The notes beneath the pieces were generated by a model. That model had not been told where the DNA came from, searched no databases, and worked only from the letters and a program-made list of their open reading frames with translations. A stretch of DNA of 64,000 nucleotides from an uncultured Pseudomonadota bacterium. GTDB lineage: Bacteria; Babelota; Babeliae; Babelales; JAUPTZ01. Positions 57,451 to 64,000 of this stretch are shown here, piece after piece. The stretch lies in assembly GCA_964429275.1 (NCBI GenBank), contig CAYSBJ010000002.1, forward strand, positions 62,001-126,000, given 5' to 3'. How positions within the stretch are numbered: position 1 is the first letter of the stretch; the number at the start of each line of letters is the position of its first letter. The position numbers and the translations under genes were made by a program.

Positions 57451-58662
57451 CTACGAGATCTCCGGCGATTCTGCAAGATTGGTGTCATGTGAGGTTGATT
57501 CAGTGATTACTTGCTCGCTTGCAGGTTGTTCAAGGATTCCTGAGCCCAGCGGTTTTCCTTTAACTGCGTCATAGAATTGGTTGAGCTCTTGTTGAGCATC
57601 TGTGTTGCCTTTGTCTGCAGCAAAAACATACCATTGATATGCCTGTTCTGTGTCTTGAGGCATTTCTGTCCCGTCAAGATAGAGTCGTCCAAGGCAGTAT
57701 GCGGCATGACCAGCGATATTTTTTTCTTCTTCGGTGGCTGTTTGCGCAACGTAGGTAAATAAGTCGATTGCTTGAGGTATGTTTTTCTCGGCTCCGCGGC
57801 CGGTCATATAAAGAAATGCAAGGTGATAGCAAGCATACAGTGAACCTTTTTGCGTAGCAATAGTGAACCACTTTGTCCCTTCGGCATCACTTTGTGTCAC
57901 ATGTTCTCCATTTAAGTACAAGGTGCCAAGAATGTATGCCGCGTAACCGGCAGCCGCTCCGCTTTCTGGTTCATTATTGTTTGCTGTTGTCTCTAGCCAG
58001 TGGATGCCTTTTTGCGGGTCAAGTAGTATCCCGCGCTCGCCAAACAGGTAAGCGATACCGAGTTCGAACTGCGCTGGTACATAGTTTTGTTTGGCAGCAG
58101 CTTCAAGCCACTGAATGGCGAGCTGAAGGTCTTGGGGGATAATTTTACCGTCCAAGTAAAGTAGTCCAAGACGGCATTGTGCGGGAGGCAGTCCTTGCTT
58201 AGCCGCTTTTATGTACCAAGACAGCGCCTCACCAGCGTCGGCAATATCTGCGCAAAAATTTTGCAAAAAATCATGGTTTGTATGTCTTCCATCTCGCGCT
58301 GAAGCAGCGATGTATGCTTTTTCATAGATACAGCCGATATGATATTGCGCTTCAGCATGGCCGCTGTTCGCGGCGGCAAGAAACCATTTGAAACCTTCGG
58401 CTTCATTTTTTTGTGTACCAAGACCTTGGTAATGGAGAGAGCCTACAGTGAACTGAGCGTCAACATGTCCCTGCGTCGCGGCAGCCTCGAGCCATGGCAA
58501 TGCGCGTTCATATTTGTGACCGAACATGATGTAGGCCTTACCGATGCGATATTGGGAAGCGGCGTCAAACTTTTCGGGATTTGCGGTGCTTGTCGGCTCT
58601 GCTGAGAGGATTGCGTAGGCAGACACAAGGAAGATGAGGAAGATATAGTGTATATATTTCAT
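57451..58662 (-). CDS. Secreted Sel1-repeat protein (about 8 repeats)
   Basis: Repeated AQ..LG..Y..G......A..W...AA.QG. Start moved to MKYIHYIFLIFLVSAYAILSA because the longer ORF overlaps SRP RNA. Confidence 0.92.
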   Translation of the reverse strand: MKYIHYIFLIFLVSAYAILSAEPTSTANPEKFDAASQYRIGKAYIMFGHKYERALPWLEAAATQGHVDAQFTVGSLHYQGLGTQKNEAEGFKWFLAAANSGHAEAQYHIGCIYEKAYIAASARDGRHTNHDFLQNFCADIADAGEALSWYIKAAKQGLPPAQCRLGLLYLDGKIIPQDLQLAIQWLEAAAKQNYVPAQFELGIAYLFGERGILLDPQKGIHWLETTANNNEPESGAAAGYAAYILGTLYLNGEHVTQSDAEGTKWFTIATQKGSLYACYHLAFLYMTGRGAEKNIPQAIDLFTYVAQTATEEEKNIAGHAAYCLGRLYLDGTEMPQDTEQAYQWYVFAADKGNTDAQQELNQFYDAVKGKPLGSGILEQPASEQVITESTSHDTNLAESPEIS

Positions 58663-58764
58663 GAGTGTTTTTCGATATAGATTTGCGATCCTGGTTGAGA
58701 TACCGAATGCTGTTGCTTTACCTATTTTTGAATCGATTGGCAAAAAGCTCGGCAGCAAGAGAAA

Positions 58765-58843
58765 AGGGCGATACAAGATCAAACTGCTCCTGTTGCTCCC
58801 TTCCGGGCCTGGCAGAGTAAGCGGTTTGGGTCCTTATCGCCCT
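58765..58843 (-). ncRNA. ffs: Small SRP RNA (4.5S)
   Basis: agggcgata...ctgCCAGGcccGGAAgggAGCAacagg...tatcgccct: helix-8 core with GGAA tetraloop and a 9-bp closing stem; lies between tRNA-Ser and dnaX. Confidence 0.9.
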
Positions 58844-58871
58844 ATTTTTTTGTAATTGCTTAGATTAGTTA

Positions 58872-58914
58872 TTGGCCTCTTTGCAACGTACTTCGTAGTT
58901 GCAAAGGCCAAGGG
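58872..58914 (-). repeat. Element copy forming the 3' trailer of tRNA-Ser
   Basis: Transcript strand: CCA|cccttggcc-tttgcaac-tacGAAgta-cgttgcaaag-aggccaa; clearly homologous to 37729-37784. Confidence 0.85.
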
Positions 58915-59006
58915 TGGTGGAGAGAGAGGGATTCGAACCCTCGATACCCCTTTCAGGATATACACGATTTCCAATCATGCGCCTTCAGCCTCTCAGCCAT
59001 CTCTCC
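58915..59006 (-). tRNA. tRNA-Ser (anticodon GGA)
   Basis: ggagagatggctgagaggctgaaggcgcatgatt-GGA-aatcgtg, long variable arm, gagggttcgaatccctc-tctctccacca. Confidence 0.96.
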
Positions 59007-59021
59007 AAAGTGCGCGACAAA

Positions 59022-60098
59022 TTACTTAGTTTTTTTAGCCGGAGCTTTGGCAGCAGCAGGCTTCTTGGCAGCAGGTTTAGCTTCTTTCTTAGCAGCTTCT
59101 GGTTCTTCTGTCTTAACTGGAGCTTTAGCTACAGGCTTTGCCTTTTTAGGTGCTTCTACTGCAGGAGCAGCTTCAGCTGCAGCCTCGGCCTTTGGTGCTT
59201 CAGTTTTTACTTCAGCAGCCTTAGGTTTAGCATCTGCTTTTGCAGTGTGTTTTGGCAGAGCATCAACTTTAGCTGCAATTTCTTCCTTAGTTTTTTTGGC
59301 TGCTTCGCGAGCTTCTGCAGCACGCTTGTCATCGACAGCTTTCTTTTCATCAGCGGCTTTTTTGCGTGCGGCACGTTCAGCTGCGGCTTTTGCAGCTGCT
59401 TCAGCGGCAGCGGCGTCGGCAATAGCCTTACCCTTTTGTGCACTTGCTGCTAATTGGCTGAAGATAACCTCAATAGATTTTGCAGAGTCATCGTTTCCAG
59501 GGATCAAATACGATACGCCCGATGGGTCGGTGTTGGTATCAACCAAACAAACAACTGGGATGCCGACATTGTTTGCTTCGCGGATAACGGCGCGTTCTTT
59601 CTTTGCGTCAACAACGACAATAGCTGCTGGCAATGTGTTCATGCTCGAGATACCACCAATGTTCTTTTCAAGACGTTCAATTTCCTTGAGCATGACACTG
59701 TGTTCTTTTTTTGTTTGACGGCCAGTTGATTTGGTAGCGGCGTCACGAAGATGGAGGAGGCGGGTAATAGCTTTGCGAACTTGATCAAAGTTGCTCAATG
59801 TGCCACCGATCCAGCGGTGATACACGAACGGCATGCCAAGTTGTTCAGCCATTGCGCGGATAATTGGCTGTGCAGTTTTTTTGGTACCAACCCACAAAAT
59901 TTGTTTGCCTTCAGAGGCAGCTTTTTCAAGGAATTTTTCAGCGCGATCGAGTAAGAATGCGGTTTTTGCCACGTTGATTAAGTGAACTTTATTACGAGTT
60001 CCCCAGATGTATGGCTTCATTTTTGGATGCCACTTAGAGGAATGGTGACCAAAATGGACGCCTGCTTCAACCAGTTTCTTTAAATCGATCATAGACAT
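59022..60098 (-). CDS. rpsB: 30S ribosomal protein S2 with a long Ala/Lys-rich C-terminal extension
   Basis: L.EAGVHFGH, W.PKM..YI, VGTK, RWIGGTLSN, DTN.DP, IPGNDD. Confidence 0.98.
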   Translation of the reverse strand: MSMIDLKKLVEAGVHFGHHSSKWHPKMKPYIWGTRNKVHLINVAKTAFLLDRAEKFLEKAASEGKQILWVGTKKTAQPIIRAMAEQLGMPFVYHRWIGGTLSNFDQVRKAITRLLHLRDAATKSTGRQTKKEHSVMLKEIERLEKNIGGISSMNTLPAAIVVVDAKKERAVIREANNVGIPVVCLVDTNTDPSGVSYLIPGNDDSAKSIEVIFSQLAASAQKGKAIADAAAAEAAAKAAAERAARKKAADEKKAVDDKRAAEAREAAKKTKEEIAAKVDALPKHTAKADAKPKAAEVKTEAPKAEAAAEAAPAVEAPKKAKPVAKAPVKTEEPEAAKKEAKPAAKKPAAAKAPAKKTK

Positions 60099-60127
60099 GT
60101 AAAACTACCTTTTTGTATTGGTTATTA

Positions 60128-60195
60128 AAGGGTTATATATCGTGCGTTTTCTCTGGGCCTTACGGCCACCCCGGCAAACCAGTGCGTGAAAACAC
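60128..60195 (-). promoter_or_regulatory. rpsB 5' leader resembling the t44 / S2 autoregulatory RNA
   Basis: Minus strand: cacgcac...ccGGGGTggcc-gtaa-ggcc...atatATAACCCt, which echoes the CCGGGGUG...AUAACCC elements of known rpsB leaders. Confidence 0.6.
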
Positions 60196-60445
60196 TCGCA
60201 ACGATCATTACTGCACTGCGCAGCAATGAGCCGGTAAGTATAGCGGAACAGCTAGAAATCGCAAGGATTCTTTAAATAACCGCTTTGGTACGGTGTTGCC
60301 GGAGCATGCAGGGGGCTGTGTGGCCAAGAACACCCGGTGATGCGCTAGTTTTTGTCTATTTTCTTATATTGCATATGATTTTTTTTGTGCCTTCTGGTAT
60401 CGTAGTTAAAAGTTAAGAAAAAAGTTAGTTAACAGGGAAAGCGAT

Positions 60446-63283
60446 ATGAATTTTGTTAAGAAAATAATGATTTTAAGCTTGGTGAGTTTGGTTGTGGTGA
60501 CGCAGCCAGTTATGGCAAAAAAAGATGCTAAGAGTCTTGGGACTCCGCTCCTGTTGTTGGCGGCAACCGGTGGATTGGGCTATGTGGCTAAGAAGGCTTA
60601 TAGTCGGATGAAGCAAGCGAGCACGGCAGTTGAGCGTGAGCAGGCTCATCGGCGTCTTATTCTTGCAATTTTAGGTGTCTTAGTTTCTGGCGTTGGTACC
60701 GCGTATGCTGGGCATGGATATTTGACTGATTCTTCTGAAGAGCAAGCGGAAATACCGCAAGAAGCACCGGTGGTGTCACCTGCGTCGTTGACAGAGTCTT
60801 ATGAAGAACCTTTGGCGGCACCGGTGGTGTCACCTGCGTCGTCGACAGAGTTCAGTGGAGAACCTTTGGGGGCGCCGGTAGAGCACTCAGGATTACAGCG
60901 GGTAGCAGCAGCGGCAGCGGAATCGACTGGATTAACAGATCTAGTCCCGTCGACAGAGTTAGACCCTGCGCACCAAGCTTCGTTATCAGGGACTGCGGCT
61001 GTGGTATCACAGCCATCAGATGACCGAGCTGTTCCATTGCGAGAAGAAAGGTCTATCCCGGAGAGAGTGGACCTTGCCTGTCTAATTGACGCAAATTTGC
61101 GTTTGGGGAATGATGGAGATAGCGATTTTCCTTTGGCCTCGCAGGCGGCTGCCCGCATTAAAGCCGTTCTTGATCGTGACCGTGTGAGCAGCACTCAGTT
61201 TTGTGAAAGCTTTATGCCGTATGGGCCTCTGTATGGAGGCTTGTATATTTTGATTGGTAAGCGAAGAGGCTCTGCTGGTGATTACCTTTACATTTTTGAT
61301 AAAGATGGAAATCAGAAAAATTCTCAGGATTACCAAAACCAATTCCGCGGTTCCTCTGTTGTTACTGCGCACAACTACAAGATTTTTCGAGGAGAAGCAG
61401 CAATAAATCGTCGTCTGGATGAAGCTATTGATGGAAGCGCTGATGCTGAAATTCCAGTATCTACATTGACAGGTAATTTTGAGGTGTACTTCCCAGGCAG
61501 TAGTAATTTGTTGCGAATTTCGCTTAACCAAGGGAAGATTTCTCAAGATATTCGTCAGCGCTTGGAGCCATTTAATCTTGTAGGTCGGACTGGATTGAGA
61601 CCCGAACTTGCACGGTTTCCTCTGGTCGTTCGCCTCTGCAAGCATAACGCACCCGATTTCATGTTGTGCGTTGATAATCAGCTTAATTGTCAGTGGTTTA
61701 CTGCAGGGTATGAGAGCTTTCAGCTGGTTACTAACTCAAGGATTATTCAGTACCAGTTTATTGAAGGTAGAAAATTTACCCTGTGTGAACCGGCGTTTCA
61801 GCAGAAAAACGTTACTATCGATCTCGTTGGAAATGGCCCCCTCTCTTTTGTTTTAGATGGGGTTTCTACTGTGCGCTTACGTAGCGAAAGATCATTAAAT
61901 CAATTGTATTGGGATTATGTTGATTTGAACTGGCAAGGCTTGCCGGAAGTGCCTACGGATATAGAACTACATAGGAGCTATAAATACCCAATAGTTTTGA
62001 ACTTTAAGACGCAAGACGGCAGCACACTATTGCTTGGGCTTGGTGATGAAGCCAGGGGTTGTCTTGCTGTTATGGATGGTAAGACAGTCTCAAACGCTGT
62101 GCTGCAGAGATTAATTGCACAAGAACTGCTGATTCAGAGGCCAGACCAGGGGGTAGGTGAGGTTGCGGCTCGGCTTATTAGAAGGAATTTATTGTACCGG
62201 ATAGAAACTGAAGATTCTATGCAAGTTGCAGGCGTTCTTTTGGAAGATTCGGGATTGGATCGCGAAGTTCTCTATAATTTCCAAGGGGCGGGTCAGTCGT
62301 TAGTATTCACCTTGCTGAATCTCTGGGATGATTCAAAGGCGGAGGCTGTTGCTGCTATCGTGGAATGCCTTCAGGAGAAGTTTCCATCACAGGACGCCTC
62401 GTCGGATGACTGGGTAGAACGTGGCGCGAACGGGCGGAAGCCGCTTTGCGTTGCGGTGGGTGCTGGCAAGCCGGCAATGGTGCAAGCGTTGCTGGGGATT
62501 CGTCATTCTGGTAAAACTCCAGCTTCAGTCAACGCCCCTGGCAATGAGGCAGCCGCAACTATTCTTCATTATGCGATTTATCGTGCAGAGCCTTCGATGC
62601 TGGAAGCGCTCTTTACCCCCCAGGCAACAGTTGAGCAAAAGAGCGCTCGGTTTGCTGTGCATCGATTAAAAGAAGCCATTAATACGCCTAATAGCCGTGG
62701 CGAAACACCGCTTATGGTTGCGATGCAGATGTCAGATTTTGAGTATGCGCGCGTCTTGCTTGATAATGATGCTGATCTTGCGCTGCCTGCTCCTCATCCT
62801 CAAAGCGAGGACATACTGGACTATGCAGCGAAAACTTCCACAGAGGAAATGTTTAACCAGCTGTGTGCGCATCAGCGAATAAGTCAGCGTGGAGTAGGCG
62901 ATGTACGGTGGCAGCCAACTGTGAATCCACCCGTGCCAGTTGAGCGGCTTTCTCGGATGCAAACGCTCAAGTCATATTCAGGGTCGCTTATATTTGCTGA
63001 ATATGATGCGAATGCAGGATTGATGACTACGCGCGGAATGCAATCATTGCATAAAATGAATGCTGTTGGTGGTGAGGAAGTAGAGCGGTTTGGAGAACTC
63101 CAGGGCTATCCATTGGTTGTTTGTGTGGCTTCTTATGGTAAGCCATATTGGATGTGTGTGAAGGCGCGCGGCGAGGTGAAAATGTTCCGGTTTCCAGAAG
63201 CAGGGAGTGCGACACTTGGCCAAGACGATGGCCAGTGCTTTAGAGAGCACGGTACTACGTTACATGTGATACCCCGCAATTAG
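60446..63283 (+). CDS. Large membrane-anchored ankyrin-repeat protein with an additional repeated domain
   Basis: Signal peptide and 2 TM helices; GRKPLCVAV, TILHYAI, GETPLMVA...LLDNDAD, ILDYAA ankyrin-like units. Confidence 0.82.
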   Translation: MNFVKKIMILSLVSLVVVTQPVMAKKDAKSLGTPLLLLAATGGLGYVAKKAYSRMKQASTAVEREQAHRRLILAILGVLVSGVGTAYAGHGYLTDSSEEQAEIPQEAPVVSPASLTESYEEPLAAPVVSPASSTEFSGEPLGAPVEHSGLQRVAAAAAESTGLTDLVPSTELDPAHQASLSGTAAVVSQPSDDRAVPLREERSIPERVDLACLIDANLRLGNDGDSDFPLASQAAARIKAVLDRDRVSSTQFCESFMPYGPLYGGLYILIGKRRGSAGDYLYIFDKDGNQKNSQDYQNQFRGSSVVTAHNYKIFRGEAAINRRLDEAIDGSADAEIPVSTLTGNFEVYFPGSSNLLRISLNQGKISQDIRQRLEPFNLVGRTGLRPELARFPLVVRLCKHNAPDFMLCVDNQLNCQWFTAGYESFQLVTNSRIIQYQFIEGRKFTLCEPAFQQKNVTIDLVGNGPLSFVLDGVSTVRLRSERSLNQLYWDYVDLNWQGLPEVPTDIELHRSYKYPIVLNFKTQDGSTLLLGLGDEARGCLAVMDGKTVSNAVLQRLIAQELLIQRPDQGVGEVAARLIRRNLLYRIETEDSMQVAGVLLEDSGLDREVLYNFQGAGQSLVFTLLNLWDDSKAEAVAAIVECLQEKFPSQDASSDDWVERGANGRKPLCVAVGAGKPAMVQALLGIRHSGKTPASVNAPGNEAAATILHYAIYRAEPSMLEALFTPQATVEQKSARFAVHRLKEAINTPNSRGETPLMVAMQMSDFEYARVLLDNDADLALPAPHPQSEDILDYAAKTSTEEMFNQLCAHQRISQRGVGDVRWQPTVNPPVPVERLSRMQTLKSYSGSLIFAEYDANAGLMTTRGMQSLHKMNAVGGEEVERFGELQGYPLVVCVASYGKPYWMCVKARGEVKMFRFPEAGSATLGQDDGQCFREHGTTLHVIPRN
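60764..60879 (+). repeat. 54-bp in-frame tandem repeat, two units plus a partial one
   Basis: gcaccggtggtgtcacctgcgtcgtYgacagagt at 60764 and 60818; partial copy at 60872. Confidence 0.9.
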
Positions 63284-63297
63284 CGAAAAACTGCTAT

Positions 63298-64000
63298 CTA
63301 TTCCTCCGTTGGCTTATTATCCAACGATGTTGGCTCACCACCAATAACTGATTGAGTATCAATTGCGTGTTGGAAGGTGCGTCCTACAAAATAGGAAACG
63401 GCTACCCATACAGCGGTAATAGAGAGCATAAAGCTGCTGCTTATGAGATGGCTAAACGCTGGCGCATAGGTGCAGGCATTTTTATAGAAAATGGAACCAC
63501 CAGCTTTGGCAATGCGGGATCCAAATGCATCGCTCCATGCCTTGCTTTTGAACTTAATTTCTTTCGTTGTTGGGATATAGAGCATTTCTCGTACTGGGTG
63601 GTTGAGGCCGTAGTTGGCGCCACGAAATAGTGCCGCAATGAAGAACAGCATTTCTGCTGAAGGGAAGAGGAAGGCGGTAATGACGGCGGCAAAGCAGAAC
63701 GCGGGGAATATGAGGAACATGGTCCGATTGCTAAACATACGTTGTAGCGGCGTAGTGGCAAAAACGGAGATGAGAAAGCCGCATACGTGCATAGTCAGGA
63801 AGTAGCCGGCGTAATAGATCGCAAGCTTTGCTACGGTGTCATGAGCGTCATCTGCCGCTACAAGAACGTGAAATTCCATAACAGTCATGATGAGATCGTA
63901 AAAGATAGAGAGGCTGAAGATACCTAGGACGTATGGTTGAGAAATGATTACCAGTAGGCCATCAACCGATTGTTTGAGCCAGTGTGTTAGAGAGAATTTA
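63298..64000 (-). CDS. NTT/Tlc family nucleotide (ATP/ADP-like) translocase, C-terminal part
   Basis: RGANYGLNHPVREMLYIPT..EIKFKSKAW.D.FG.R.AKAGGS; the frame is open to the window end. Confidence 0.88.
   Translation of the reverse strand, partial: KFSLTHWLKQSVDGLLVIISQPYVLGIFSLSIFYDLIMTVMEFHVLVAADDAHDTVAKLAIYYAGYFLTMHVCGFLISVFATTPLQRMFSNRTMFLIFPAFCFAAVITAFLFPSAEMLFFIAALFRGANYGLNHPVREMLYIPTTKEIKFKSKAWSDAFGSRIAKAGGSIFYKNACTYAPAFSHLISSSFMLSITAVWVAVSYFVGRTFQHAIDTQSVIGGEPTSLDNKPTEE

Noticed and set aside
58663..58782. N-terminal 40 codons of the 443-aa Sel1 ORF
   Set aside because: They overlap SRP RNA; the signal peptide begins at the ATG at 58662.
58915..58918. tRNA-Ser has discriminator A73 instead of the common G73
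   Set aside because: Bacterial SerRS relies mainly on the long variable arm, which is present; this is too minor to call anomalous.

Overview
Gene-dense bacterial chromosomal window using the standard genetic code. No CRISPR array, rRNA, transposase or prophage was seen. The gene mix suggests a host-associated, probably intracellular bacterium, most plausibly Candidatus Dependentiae/Babelota (TM6); this is an inference from an NTT/Tlc nucleotide translocase, ankyrin and Sel1 proteins, repeated AAA+PD-(D/E)XK genes and many secreted orphans. Housekeeping genes are lysS, recJ, cmk, PIN-PhoH, thrS, nth, xerC, dusB, gatCA, hpf, der, dnaX, rpsB, three tRNAs (Arg-CCT, Arg-TCG, Ser-GGA) and SRP RNA. 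The most notable accessory content is: (1) an exported AAA ATPase that resembles eukaryotic mitochondrial ATAD3, lying between two tRNA-Arg genes; (2) a palindromic element that starts right at the CCA end of all three tRNAs, shows compensatory base changes, and also forms a 59-bp inverted repeat around tRNA-Arg(CCT); (3) a tandem family of three large secreted helical paralogs with modular C-terminal domains, upstream of an S41 protease; (4) nine orphan ABC_sub_bind-type proteins in two arrays with no permease or ATPase, several lacking export signals; (5) a perfect 52-bp palindrome; (6) three genes with small frame lesions. All homology calls come from motif recognition by eye; no searches were run.
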